Below, one piece after another: positions 1 to 11,658 of a stretch of 64,000 bases of DNA. How positions within the stretch are numbered: position 1 is the first letter of the stretch; every line of letters starts with the position of its first letter. The translations under genes and the position numbers were made by a program. The notes beneath the pieces were generated by a model. That model saw nothing but the letters and a program-made list of their open reading frames with translations, did not search any database and was not told the origin of the DNA. The DNA lies in the NCBI GenBank assembly GCA_022813865.1, contig JALDZX010000021.1, forward strand, positions 1-64,000, read 5' to 3'. Source of the stretch: Xylographa opegraphella. Its lineage: Eukaryota.

Positions 1-563
1 AGGCCTAATCGGCTATAGTAAAGGACCAACAACACAGACTGCTAACGCCCTGATTTTCAACAGTGCCTTTTAATAAAATAAATAAAAAACCTTAGTGTGT
101 CGAAGTTTTAATAAACATCGTATAGTACGAGCGGCCGAGGGGCGCCATGCAATAGATGTGGCTGATCACTTGGCTTGCGGCACGCCCGTTTAACGCTTTC
201 TGAGCGGGCTCCTACCTACCTACTTTAACTTCAACAGCTCCAAGTGCATTCCGTTTTTTCTTACACGTGCTTTTGAATATAAACCAATTCCCAAGAACTG
301 TATCGAGTCAGGTAGCATTCGTCGAGATTGCAACAAGTTGATCTCAGTACGCCTGAAAACCGAATCAACAATGATGACTATGCAGAAGATGTTCCAGAAA
401 CCCTACAGCTTCTCATGCTTCGTCCATTGAAGGCCTCGGGCGACCTTCACGTCGATCTATCTTGATCATTGTAACAGCACCTTCCACGCAATAGATTGCT
501 ATGCCGGTATAGACCGAGCTTTGCTATATGCCATTGCTATTGAGCTCTACCATTCGGCCACTG

Positions 564-1506
564 TCAAAGTCTCGCTCTCACAGGCGCAATCCCAAAAGTG
601 CTCCAAAACTCTCTCGTATCGTAGCACCTCCCTAACAATTCCATTGACCTAGGTAGCGCTCTCACGTCCTCCTCCACCATCAGCTCTCTCACCCATCCCA
701 AAAGCGGCCCCTCGGCATCCTCATCCTTGCCCTTGCTCCCACGTTCTCCCCACCCCAGAATCAGAGCCCACCAATCGTAGACAAGCATATCCGTAAGCAT
801 CTGTTCCACAGAAGTCAGTCCATCCTCTTGTGAGCACACCGCCAACGGCAGAATAGCCTACCCATCTCTCGCCCTTAGTAAACCTCTCATGTAGCGCTAC
901 CACCGCCCTCGCCACATCCATGCCATGCACCATGTGCAGACTCGACTTCCCCTTCAACTGTTCCTTACTGGCCACCACCCGCTTCACAAAATCCCTCGGC
1001 TGCCGCGTCCCGCCCCACAGCCCGGACAGATTCAGCACGCACCCCCCGAGCGCCAGCAGCTCGTCTTCCGCCACCGCGCGTGCATTCTCCCGGTCGTACG
1101 TGCTGTGCCGCGTAACCCACAGCTCCTGGTCCGCGATCTGGAAGATGCCAGTGCTGCCGAGCTGGATCCAATTCGGGGTGGCGTCGGGGTGGGAATCACG
1201 GTAGAGGGAGAGGAGGTGGGTGGACTGGTGAGGCCCTTTGAGCGGAAAAGTGATGAGGATAGTGTTGGCGGACGGGAGGAAATGATACGGTTCTAGCGAT
1301 GGGGAGGAAGGGTCAAATTTGAAAGGGAGCGTTCCGGGGCGGCCGGTCGTGGAGGTGGCGGCATGGCTGATTTGGCGGGCTTCGAGGAGAGGAATCAGGA
1401 AAGTGGACGTCCAGCCGGCGCCGAGGATCAGGATGGAGGTGTGCTTGAGTTGCGTCTGGAGTGGGGTTAGCAAGGGAGGAGTGATGACAGGGGTTAGGTA
1501 GACCAT
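564..1506 (-). CDS. NAD(P)-binding Rossmann-fold protein (atypical SDR/epimerase-like, YeeZ-like)
   Basis: N-terminal ILILGAGW dinucleotide-binding motif, WIQLGSTGI, LNLSGLWGG, LHMVHGMDVARA. Intron 861-801 (GTAGGC..ACTGAC..CAG) joins ...GERW to MLTDMLVYDWW; stop 564-566. Probable ATG 1506 followed by an in-frame 48-nt intron 1503-1456 (GTCTAC..GCTAAC..CAG); start uncertain. Confidence 0.75.
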
Positions 1507-1838
1507 TGGGTTGTTTGTTGGAACATGAACTTCCCCGTGGTTATCAAGATAAGGGAAGGTCTGGGAGCGAAACATAGAGGAGTGGGAAGCGACTAGGAGC
1601 GGAGTCGGCGGAAGCGGGAAAGCGGGGTCAACGAGCCGAGATGCTTGGTTCTGGGGACACGCACCTCGGAGCGTTCTCCCCAGAGCACCAATTTCATCAA
1701 GGACGGTATTCTTGTATAGTCCGATATAAAGCGTGGAGGCTGCAGGGGCTTTCATGACAATAATTCAAAAGAAGCCTCGCAGAAGTGGATTATTACTTGC
1801 AGAGGCGAGCATAAATTCTCCAACCGGCAACTGATCAT

Positions 1839-3072
1839 TCAACCCAAATCTACGTTATCGAGCCCTGCCAAAACTTCCTCGCCAACACCGCCACTTTCTA
1901 AGCACATTTGCACTATCTTTCCAACAAGTCCTCTCTTCATACCGCCTTGAGGTGGGTGCCAGACTCCCTTTGTTCCAGACCCTGCATCCAGTCCGGCAGC
2001 CGTTTGTGTATTTGATGCAGTTCCACCAGTGGCAGTATTGATGGCATCAGGAACGCCTGCAGTTGTCAAGCGGGAAGGAGGGTCAATTGTTTTGATGGAT
2101 AACAGCCGAAGACTATTGCTATTCTTGCCATTAATTGCAGATTTCCCGGAAATAGACGGTAAGCTTGTAAGGGAGACAGCGAGAACAGCATCGGCCACCG
2201 CTAGTTCCTCTCGCGTAGGGTCAAAGATGATGTTGGATCCAACCGCCATTACGAGAAGGGTAATGGGTGGGCGAATTTTGTAGCTTCTGGGACCCGAATC
2301 CTGGGTTTCAGATGCCGAGTGAGGGTATAGTGGTATCGCAGCATCCCAGTCATCGTTAAACAGGGGGTCTTCGTCAAGCTCCGACTTCAAAGCCGGAAGG
2401 CGAGTAGATAATAGAGCAAGATGTGTTGTCAGAGACAGAAGCGGGAGTGGATAGGACAATGGTGGCGATAGGAGCAGGATCTATGGAGAAAAGCATTAGC
2501 AGAATGAAAAAATAGAACATCGAGGTCGATATCTATAATCATGATCTACGTACATCAATGTAAAGCTTCCAATGCCAAAGCCGGTTAATCCAAAGCTTAG
2601 TCACAAGATCTCCAGTTGCAAGCAAAGCCTCATTCAGCATTTCGGCAAGGAATACAGGTAAAGAGTCATCATCGCGAAACCCTGGAATCTCGATGGTCAT
2701 CTCAACCCAGCTATCATCCACTATTCTATTTGTCGAAAAGGTTGTTTTTGGCGCTTCCTCGTCGGTTCCTCCCATAGGTTCGTCAACAACTCCTTTACTT
2801 ACGTTGATACTTTCTGAAATATCAGTATTGGCGTTTCTTGGGATCGATTTCTCCACCTCGGCTTTCACGCCAACTATTGCTTCCGTTCCATCTGCGAAGC
2901 ATATCCGAGCACTTCCGTTCGTACCTGGCAAAAAATCGGTCTCAGCAACGAGTGGACGGAACTGCGAAGATAGCCTCAGATCAGGTCGAATTGGAGGTAC
3001 AAGAGACAAATTGGAATGAAGAAAAGCAAGCTCTGCTGGAGACAGCAATGCCTGATTTGACACTGGAGCCAT
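1839..3072 (-). CDS. RRP42: Exosome complex component Rrp42 (RNase PH-like ring subunit)
   Basis: LSPAELAFLH..IRPDLR..FRPLVAETDFLPGTNGSARI..GTEAIVGVKAEV; intron 2553-2481 (GTACGT..GCTAAT..TAG) joins KLYID to ILLLSPPLSYPLPLLS. Confidence 0.88.
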
Positions 3073-3707
3073 CAATTTCAAGCGATGATATTATTCTGTT
3101 GTAAGCTAGCCTACCCCGGAGAAGTGGGTTTCAAACCCTCGCCCTGCTTGAAGTAAGATATGGCAACTGTCAACTCGTACCTGAACCCGTTGCTATTGTT
3201 TTGGTTGCAGTTGAGAAAACGTGGTCATCAATCATACGCAACCTTCCAATAGCTTCCTTTCAGGCTCAAGTTGATCAAGTGAATCTAGTGAATCTGAAGT
3301 ATCTCGAGGATACAGCATAGCTTCGCTAGAGGTATTATGGTCCCTTTGAGGCCAAGAACAATACAAAGCCAGCAGTCGTTGGTAAAAGTTTAGAGGCTCT
3401 TTTAGTGTTAGCTTAAATGATAGGGGTATCACACCATCCCACCATTCACGGCTGCAGTTCCAAGCGAGGGACGCCACTCCCGGATGATCGATCACTAGCG
3501 GCAGATGCCTGGGAGTGGAAGTTGTGTTGACTGTCTCACTGTGAACCAGGATGGTGGTTCGCTATCACTTTGGCGCCCATCCTGGTACTTTCCAGCATGG
3601 AAGAATGAAAGGGAACTCGCAACGAGCTCAGTTCCAGCACCAACGAACTGGCTACTCCCATGCTGGTAGTCCGCGGTCAGAAGATTTCAGGAGGCAACCG
3701 AGAATCA

Positions 3708-6700
3708 ATGGAACTTCCATTCCTCATCGATGCTTGTACTTCTAGTGACGAGGGTCTATATGATGTAGACCTCCTAAGCCGTCTTCAAAAGTCCGATTCA
3801 GCGCCACTAGCCGAATTGATTTTGTCGCCCAATGTGCCATCTTCCATCGATGCAGAAGCAGTGCTTCCTGACAAAGAATCATCTTCAATCAAGGCTTCAG
3901 AGGTAAGATCTCCAACAAATCGAGTACGCCTTAAGCTTGAGAATGTTGGTGACCGACGACTTGATTTGAAAGACTACCTGCCATTGGGAAGTCTGAATTT
4001 CGTCACTGCTGTGCCCGAACAGCATCTGCCAAAGAGATGGCGTGAAACCGTTCGGCCACCGAATGCCTTGCCGGATGATCACCCTCTGTTCGAGCCTTTG
4101 GGTCATTTGATGAAGGCTTCCTTGGTTCGCATTTTCTGTAGAAGGAATCAGACATCCGACAACAGTGCAACTATCCGAGTCTATGTGTTACCTGATGATC
4201 GTGCTCTGGGTACACTTCCAAAGACTCTCAGGAAAAACCGCAAGGAACTGAGAGTGGTTATGGATCTTGTGGATGTTACAGAGGATGCTTGGAATGGCAA
4301 AGTCGGTATCAATCCGGAAGCGAAGGGTTACCAGCCCAAGCTCATCGAGGATGACTCTCTCTTCTACATTTTTAATACGCTAGAATCTCCTGGTCCAAAT
4401 CCTGCTATCGTCACGAATGATGCGGCTAGAGACGTCATGAACGGCCTTCTTGAGGGCGTTCCTCTCATTCCTGGCCTCAAAACAAAGCTTTATCCTTACC
4501 AAGAGCGCTCTGCAGCAATGATGGTTCAACGCGAGGTCAACCCGGTCCGTATGCTTGACCCACGTCTGGAGACAATGAGAAATCCTGTCGGTGCTAGCTT
4601 CTACTACGATCGAGAGGCATGTACTCTGCTCTCCGAACGACAGGAGTATGACGAAGCGGTTGGCGGAATCCTTGCGGAAACTATGGGATATGGTAAGACT
4701 CTGATATGTTTAGCGGTAATCCTGCAAACCAAAGGTCAATGGCCTCGTATTCATCCTCAATATTCTCTAGGCCTACACCCGATACGGCCTCGAGTAGCAT
4801 CGCTAATGCAAATGACCGCTGCGACCATTGGTCGGACCTCCATACCATGGAAATCATATTTCGAACAGCTTTCTTTTGAGGGTGATGATTTCCAGTCATG
4901 TGTCAGATGCTTAATGGATAATGCTGGGCGCTACACGATCCCAAGTACTGTGAAAAAACATGCGCGAAAGTCAGATGCTGATTCCCAAGGAAAGCCTATC
5001 TTTCTGAGCTCGGCAACACTGGTCATCGTTCCTGCAAATCTCGTTCATCAATGGTTACAAGAGTACAAAATACACTTCGAAGAGACAAGCTTGTCACTAT
5101 TGATTATCGACGATCTGCACAAGCCCATACCGCCTGCGCCAGAACTTCGGGACTACGATGTCATATTGATTTCAAAGGCACGATTCGAACGAGAAAGCTC
5201 CTCGCATGAAGCTACAATGAAGGCAATGAGGAATCAGGTGTCTTGTCGATGTCCTTCAGAGATCCGGGAATGCTCTCATCCTCTCATGCAGTATCATTCT
5301 CCCCTGAAAGATCTACATTTTCTACGATTGATCGTGGACGAGGGGCATACATTTGCTTCCACTGGAGCTTCGAATAACGTGGGTAAGGTTTTGAATGAGC
5401 TTCACGTGGAGCGTAAGTGGATAGTAAGCGGAACGCCAACCAGTGGTCTTATGGGTGTAGAAGTGGACATGGCAGCAATGGAAATGCTCGAAGGTGCTTT
5501 AAGTACCAATGCAGAAGCAAACCAAGAGGCTCTGGAGGCACGCAGGAAAGAGATCGCCATTGTACAAGAACGTAAAGACATCGAGAAGCTCGGCAATCTC
5601 GTGGTGAAATTCTTGCAGGTCAAGCCATGGGCAAACTCAAAGCAAAATGATTCTGCATCATGGTTCCGATACGTGATGACTTCGAAAACCGGTGCGCGCA
5701 ACATTACCTCCTTAAAGCGAACTTTGGAAAGCCTCGTTATTCGGCACCGAGTCGAGGACGTTGAAATGGATCGACCACTACCGCCACTCTACAATAAAGT
5801 TGTTCATCTTGAGCCGAGCTATTTCGACAAGCTCTCCATAAATATCTTCATCCTAGTACTAGCCGCCAATGCTATCACGTCGGAGCGGGTAGACCGAGAT
5901 TACATGTTTCATCAAAGCAATCGAAAGCCACTGGATACGCTGGTACGAAATTTGAGACAATCAGGATTTTACTGGACTGGGTTTTCCGCTCACGAAGTGT
6001 CAGAGACTGTGAGGGTGAGCACTGAGTATATGCAAAACGAGGACAATAGCTTGAGTGCAGAAGACCAAGCGCTATTGCAAATGGCCCTGAATATAGGCAT
6101 GACCTGTCTAGCGTCCGCGGCTTGGAGATCGTTCAGTGAGCAGGCGGAAATGGGTATCTTCGTAAAAGATTTTCCAGTACCTGCTTCGGAGGCTTGGGCT
6201 TTGTGTCCGTCGTCAAAGAACCGACGCATAATATATGGTACAACACATTTACAGCTTGCTCAAAAGTATATTGCGGAACATGCTTACGCTAGCAATCCGG
6301 CTGAGGGTCTTTTTGAGGCGGGCATCGCAGCCAAGAAGCAGAGGCAGTACGTACTCTTTAAAGCTGCAGAGTCTGAGTCAAATTCTCCATCCAAGCAACG
6401 TGTACGTACAGGCTCGATCTCTGGTCAAGTGGTTCCAAGTTCCACCATTCTCGCTCCATATGGAGTCCACAAGAAAAGTGTTCGAGTGTATACCGCATTG
6501 CGTCAGAACGAAGGGACAAATTCACTATCAAGTTCGCTATCACAACAGTCAACCGGTCGCAAGTCCGCCATGAAGTCTACTTCGATGTTTCACTCTTCCT
6601 CTCCAGCTGTTCTGGAGCCAGACTCTCCCCTAGCAAAAACAGCGCTGGTCGGAACAGCTTCAGCTAAGCTGAGCTATCTTCTGGACAGAATTGCCTTACT

Positions 6701-7406
6701 ACATCTGAATGAAAAGATCATCGTTTTCTATGAAGGAGATCACATTGCATGGTACATTGCTCAAGTTCTCGAGTTGATCCATGTCAAACATCTTATCTAT
6801 GCAAAGGGAATAGCGGTGTCACTCCGGGCATCGTACCTCGAATGGTTCAATAACACTGAAACCTACCGTGTCCTCCTTATGGACCTTGCCCAAGCTGCAC
6901 ATGGGCTTAACGTGGCAAGTGCTTCTCGAATATTCTTCGTAAACCCGGTCTGGTCACCATCTATCGAGGCTCAGGCAATTAAACGTGCTCACCGAATTGG
7001 CCAAACTCGCCCAGTATATGTTGAAACACTAGTGCTAAAGAACACGTTTGAGGAGAAATTGCTTGATAGACGAAGGGTCATGACGACAGATGAGCACCAA
7101 CAGGCTGCGAAAAGCCTTCTTGATGATACAGCAATGAATGACGCAATTAAGAACCTCACTTTTATTCCTTTATCGTCGCTCGAAATACAAGACGAGGAAG
7201 CTCAAATGGCAAGATTGCACATACCACAGGCAGTCTTTGGACATAGCACAAACGCATTGTCTGAGGACATTCTATCCTCAAACAAGAACCATGACTCATT
7301 TGACATGGGGAATGTTGAACCACAAGAACGAAAGAGGAAAGCAATGTTTGCACTAGATCTACAGGACTCACACGAGACTGCGAAGATGACGGCGAAACGG
7401 CGATAG
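3708..7406 (+). CDS. SNF2-family (Rad5/16-like group) helicase/ATPase, single exon
   Basis: LYPYQ Q-motif, GGILAETMGYGKT (Walker A), TLVIVPANL, LIVDEGH (DExH), WIVSGTP, AHGLNV, EAQAIKRAHRIGQTRPV (motif VI). First ATG at 3708; the ORF track starts at 3660. Confidence 0.9.
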   Translation: MELPFLIDACTSSDEGLYDVDLLSRLQKSDSAPLAELILSPNVPSSIDAEAVLPDKESSSIKASEVRSPTNRVRLKLENVGDRRLDLKDYLPLGSLNFVTAVPEQHLPKRWRETVRPPNALPDDHPLFEPLGHLMKASLVRIFCRRNQTSDNSATIRVYVLPDDRALGTLPKTLRKNRKELRVVMDLVDVTEDAWNGKVGINPEAKGYQPKLIEDDSLFYIFNTLESPGPNPAIVTNDAARDVMNGLLEGVPLIPGLKTKLYPYQERSAAMMVQREVNPVRMLDPRLETMRNPVGASFYYDREACTLLSERQEYDEAVGGILAETMGYGKTLICLAVILQTKGQWPRIHPQYSLGLHPIRPRVASLMQMTAATIGRTSIPWKSYFEQLSFEGDDFQSCVRCLMDNAGRYTIPSTVKKHARKSDADSQGKPIFLSSATLVIVPANLVHQWLQEYKIHFEETSLSLLIIDDLHKPIPPAPELRDYDVILISKARFERESSSHEATMKAMRNQVSCRCPSEIRECSHPLMQYHSPLKDLHFLRLIVDEGHTFASTGASNNVGKVLNELHVERKWIVSGTPTSGLMGVEVDMAAMEMLEGALSTNAEANQEALEARRKEIAIVQERKDIEKLGNLVVKFLQVKPWANSKQNDSASWFRYVMTSKTGARNITSLKRTLESLVIRHRVEDVEMDRPLPPLYNKVVHLEPSYFDKLSINIFILVLAANAITSERVDRDYMFHQSNRKPLDTLVRNLRQSGFYWTGFSAHEVSETVRVSTEYMQNEDNSLSAEDQALLQMALNIGMTCLASAAWRSFSEQAEMGIFVKDFPVPASEAWALCPSSKNRRIIYGTTHLQLAQKYIAEHAYASNPAEGLFEAGIAAKKQRQYVLFKAAESESNSPSKQRVRTGSISGQVVPSSTILAPYGVHKKSVRVYTALRQNEGTNSLSSSLSQQSTGRKSAMKSTSMFHSSSPAVLEPDSPLAKTALVGTASAKLSYLLDRIALLHLNEKIIVFYEGDHIAWYIAQVLELIHVKHLIYAKGIAVSLRASYLEWFNNTETYRVLLMDLAQAAHGLNVASASRIFFVNPVWSPSIEAQAIKRAHRIGQTRPVYVETLVLKNTFEEKLLDRRRVMTTDEHQQAAKSLLDDTAMNDAIKNLTFIPLSSLEIQDEEAQMARLHIPQAVFGHSTNALSEDILSSNKNHDSFDMGNVEPQERKRKAMFALDLQDSHETAKMTAKRR

Positions 7407-8206
7407 ATAGATATTGCGTCATTCGATATATTAGAAGCCTGTCGTCTTGCAGTAACAGGGCAAGCTCGCCGTTTCAAGCGGAAGGCTACATTTGCAGATA
7501 AGCCAGAAAGCGTTTCTGAACTATCCGATAGCACATTCAAGCGCCAGAGATAAGGTAGTGTCTTTTTAGTCCTCTAGTAGAGACATTGGAAGCGACTGAC
7601 AAGCTCAGTGTATGGAATGAGCGTGGCTCCTCGCATAGGCGATCGAGCAATGCCGCAATCCCTGACTGAAGACGCATTAAGTTCAGAGCTGGCTTAACAG
7701 ACTCGCGGAACCTGAGAGGAACTACTGAGGTTACTAACTTGGTGTCAGAAACTTTCAGCTGTTGCTAGAATACCTGGTCAGCCAGGAAATAAAATACAAC
7801 CGAGCAGAGTTGTGCACTTGCTACTCTTGAACGATAATTGTCAATGAGACTCTTGAAAAGAACCGAGTATCTGTCATGCACACTAGAAGCGTGAACATGC
7901 ATAGAGTAACGGATGATACCCTGGGAGGTCCTGGGTGAAATGGCGTCGCCGATTCTGCCATACAGGGACTTTGTGCAATCGGTAGCCGTTAGTAAAGTCA
8001 GAGAGATCCGCAGGCAATCTACATGAATAGAGTCGGATCCCCATTTGCACAAGATAGCTGGAGCGCGGCAATTCATTGTCTCGGGAATTTCTTCTCATGC
8101 CCTGGTGGTGAGCTTACCCCTTCAGTCATTCTCCGTTCAAACAATATACTTCTCAACCCCTCAGGATATCAATCTCTCATGATCTTTTATATCCTCTGTC
8201 GTAGTC

Positions 8207-8836
8207 TCAGCTCGGCCCAGGAATCCCCCCAGCGATTGCTCTTAGCTCTTTCAGCCCATCCAGCACCTCTCCCTTCACCGGCATGGCAAACTTTCCGTAC
8301 CTTAAATCACTCAGCTCTCCTACCGTTCTCTGCATCTCACTTAGCACTCTATCCGCCTCATCTTCTAGCTCTGCGATCTCAACTTCCACATCACTGCACG
8401 CAGCGTCTAGCTCTAGTAGCATGCTCGCTAACGTATGTGATTTGGCAGTACCATTCGCGTTTGCAAACTATAACAGAGTAGAAGACCGTAAAATGATACT
8501 AAAGCCTTGTCAGATACCAATCCCTCCATACCCCCTACTTCCTCAAAGTCCAGACCAAGTCCTGGGCCCTGGCGCGCCTCCGTCCGCCTCGTCCGTACAA
8601 CTTCCCGTTTCATGCTCTCCCCACACTTTGCTTCTGCGGCAATGTTCTTGAGTACTGCATCGATTTTGAGGTGCGCGCTGGTGCTGAAGTTCACGGTAAA
8701 GGAAAGGGATCTGGGGGCTGGAATGTACGGGGATTGGGAAGAGAGCGGTGAAATTTTGGAGTGTGAGAATGGTTGGGAGTGAGGCTGGTGGAATCAGGAG
8801 TTGTGTAAGGAGAGAGGATTCTGTTAGCTTGGACAT
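8207..8836 (-). CDS. NKP2: Kinetochore protein Cnl2/Nkp2 family; contains an apparent 1-nt insertion near 8671
   Basis: ESSLLTQLLIPPASLPTILTLQNFTALFP..PQI..LYRELQHQRA N-terminus; C-terminal VGELSDLRYGKF. Intron 8517-8468 (GTATCT..TAG). The frame switches between QHQRA and LKIDAVLKNIAAE with no room for an intron. Confidence 0.75.
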
Positions 8837-9184
8837 GGGATGGTTTGTAGAAGTGAAGTTTGTGGAGGGCGGCTGTATGGAATTTCTACCATAGTACACA
8901 GCACATCAGTTTCCGCATACCTGAAGGTTGCCCTAACTACTCCGTAACAGATGCTTGGCGAGCTTTTGGCCCTCAGCCAATCGCCCAATTTAGGTCGACG
9001 CGTCTGAAAGCGGTCGCCTATGACGTAGCTTACGAAACCCGAAGCTCTTCGTGCCTGTCACGTATCTCATGAACAACAGAGCTTGGTTTGGCTTAGAATA
9101 TTGTATATAAACAAAGACCATGCATATGCCAACGTTGTTGCGACAATCAAGACTGTTTTTGGTGAACAGTTCGTTGCCGCTGAG

Positions 9185-10857
9185 ATGCACAAGCGACTTC
9201 TATCGGCAGTGCTGACACTGCCAACAAGAGCACGGGGCACTGTTTCTCGAAAGCTCTGTCATGACCCAGCTTTGCTTTACAAGTTTCGCGACATTTCGCA
9301 TCCTCAGTGGAGCTTGATTAGGCGATCGGTTTCTTCCGGATCAAGTCTAAGAAGTGAAGACCACGCGGAAACTGCGAAATCTCTCAACCAGAAAGACTTG
9401 GATGCACAGGAATCGGAGATTAAAGATGGAATTTCACAGGAGAAAGAGAAGCAGACCAGGACACCGTGGCACCGCGAAGGATCAAATTTACCACCGGTCA
9501 AGCGACTCCGATCAGCTGGAGCCATGACAAAAGGTGAGTAATGTAATTTCCTCCTACTCTTCATACTCATTAACCATTTTAATGAATGAACGTTCCTTGC
9601 AAAAGGGAGAGGCATCTTAGATCATGCCGCAGCGTTGAGTCCGAACTAAGAGAAAGCAGGAAAACTACTTACAACCCCTTCACGGCTACTGAAACTCATA
9701 CTACCGCTTACGACGCTGGACACAAATTCGGACAGGAGAGATGTTGAGCCTCTCGCACTTCTGGTTCATCCGCAACAGCCTCTATCCTACTTAGAACGTC
9801 TGATACAATCAGAACTTCCGTCAATAAAGGATAAGAATGGCAAAGATAAGATTCCTGCCGTGCATTTCAGGGCAGAAGATTCTGGTCAGGACGATATGGA
9901 AGCAAAAACTAAAACCCCAGAAGAGGAACAGGAGGATGCCAATGGCGATGAGATGGAGGAAACACGGTTTGGTGGCCGTGTGGAGAAGACGGGAAAACTT
10001 AAACAGAAATCTAAACAGGACGCTGCAACTTTACGTGGCGGTCCGGGGGAGGGAGGTGTAGAGAGCTATAGTGGGCATGGTCGGGAAGCGGATGCACCTA
10101 AAGATAAGGAGCGCAAGTTTGTCCGCTGGTCTACCTCCACGGAAATTGGCGATTTTATACGTGATGCAGCACGCGGAAAGGAATTTGCAGTCGAGATCGA
10201 AGGTGCTCCAAACGACATAAGAGTAGGAGTACCCTCCTTCAATGATCGAACCCATTACCTGCGTATGAGGCTCCAGACGACCTCGAAAAGAATCCTAGAC
10301 TTGGCTGCTGTAAAAAAAGAATGTGACGTTGCTGCGCATCGAAGTGCTCAACGGATTGCGCTAGGGGGTTTTGGTGTGCTGATTTCCTGGTGGTATGTGG
10401 TGTATCGGCTTACCTTCGAAACTGACTTGGGTTGGGATACGATGGAGCCTGTAACTGTAAGTGTTTACTGGGACAACAACACCTTCAAAGCCATGTTGAC
10501 AGCTTGCCCTAGTACCTGGTCGGTCTCTCTGGACTAATAACAGGTTACGGGTGGTTTTTATATCACAATAGGGAAGTATCGTATCGCTCAGCCTTGAATC
10601 TCACTATCAGTCGCCGACAGACTAAATTGTATCAACTCAAGGGATTCGATTTACACAAATGGGAAACACTCGTCGAAGAAGGCAACGCATTGCGGAAAGA
10701 GATCAAAGCAATCGCTGGTGAATATGATGTTGAATGGGACGAGACGATAGATGAGCAAGATCAGCTGGTCACAGAAGCGTTGAGGAAAGATCGAGATGAA
10801 AAGAATGCAAATAAAGGAGGGAAGGATAAGGAAGATGAGGAAGACGAGAAGAAGTAA
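9185..10857 (+). CDS. MCU: Mitochondrial calcium uniporter (fungal MCU)
   Basis: Selectivity filter GWDTMEPVT|Y between two TM helices; GKLLTTPSRLLKLILPL, LLVHPQQPLSYLERLIQSE, RWSTSTEIGDFIRDAARG. Introns 9534-9659 and 10457-10512. R/S/L-rich N-terminal presequence. Confidence 0.93.
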
Positions 10858-11050
10858 ACAGAGCATTGGCCACTATGTGCTCTAGGGTAGGTATGAGCTT
10901 GTTACCAGAAACTGTTTTACATAGCGATGGTGTCTTGGTAGTGCTTCTTATTACAACACTCATGTTCCTCAGCTGGTTCAAACAAATTGTCATCAGCGCA
11001 AATGGTATCTTCCCAGTCAGCTATTCCTCATTCTGCCACGAAGGAATTCA

Positions 11051-11658
11051 TCAGTTCATTACAGTGCTCCAATAATCGTGAGGGGGCAACGCTGTGCCGT
11101 CTGATACTTGTGGAAGTCGATTAGCATTGACAATGTTTAAATAGGATGTATTACTTACCTTGTATCGAGGCACCGCCTACTTTGCCAGAACCACCACTAC
11201 CACTCGAAATTCTCGCTTTCCGATTTCTCCAATCCCGGTAGCGACAAACGTGCCAAAGCAACCATTTCAGCACCCAATTATAGACCTTCGCGTCATCCGA
11301 TCGCCCTAGATTATAGAATCGCCTTGGCCAATGCTGCCCGTTCCTCCAAATCTCAGCGATGGCATTGTTGATGATGGTGGGATTGAGATGAGCCCACTTA
11401 TATGGTCGTTGAACTCCTAGGTTTGAAGCATACTCGGGTTTGAGAATGGTTCGTGAGGTTGTTTCGAAATGGCTGACCCAATACGTTGTCACTTCCGCCT
11501 GATAGAGAGAGTCAGTCGGGACACTCGAGCACATCCTAGAGGCTCAAGACATGACCTACCCACATATCACAGAACTTTCTTCGGTCATCTGAGTCCTGCT
11601 GATTCAAACCTATCGCCACCAGGAACTCCTCCTTCGAAGCACTTTGCTTAACGGGCAT
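11051..11658 (-). CDS. Uncharacterised small protein, paralogue A (NWxxxWxLxHxxRxRDxRN motif)
   Basis: MPVKQSASKEEFLVAIGL..FCDMW | intron 11559-11499 (GTAGGT..ACTGAC..CAG) | AEVTTYW..NWVLKWLLWHVCRYRDWRNRK.. | intron from 11158 (GTAAGT..GCTAAT..AG) | last exon to TGA 11051-11053. The N-terminus may extend further upstream. Confidence 0.75.

Noticed and set aside
1..225. AT-rich, TA-rich stretch with CCTA repeats, possible transposon edge
   Set aside because: Truncated by the window edge; no terminal repeat partner or coding signature visible.
1507..1755. N-terminal extension of ORF 721-1755
   Set aside because: Low-complexity sequence preceding the Rossmann motif and starting only 84 bp from the RRP42 stop; more likely UTR or promoter.
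8998..9003. Single ACGCGT in the NKP2/MCU divergent promoter (others at 23180 and 33157)
   Set aside because: Isolated hexamers are expected by chance in 64 kb.
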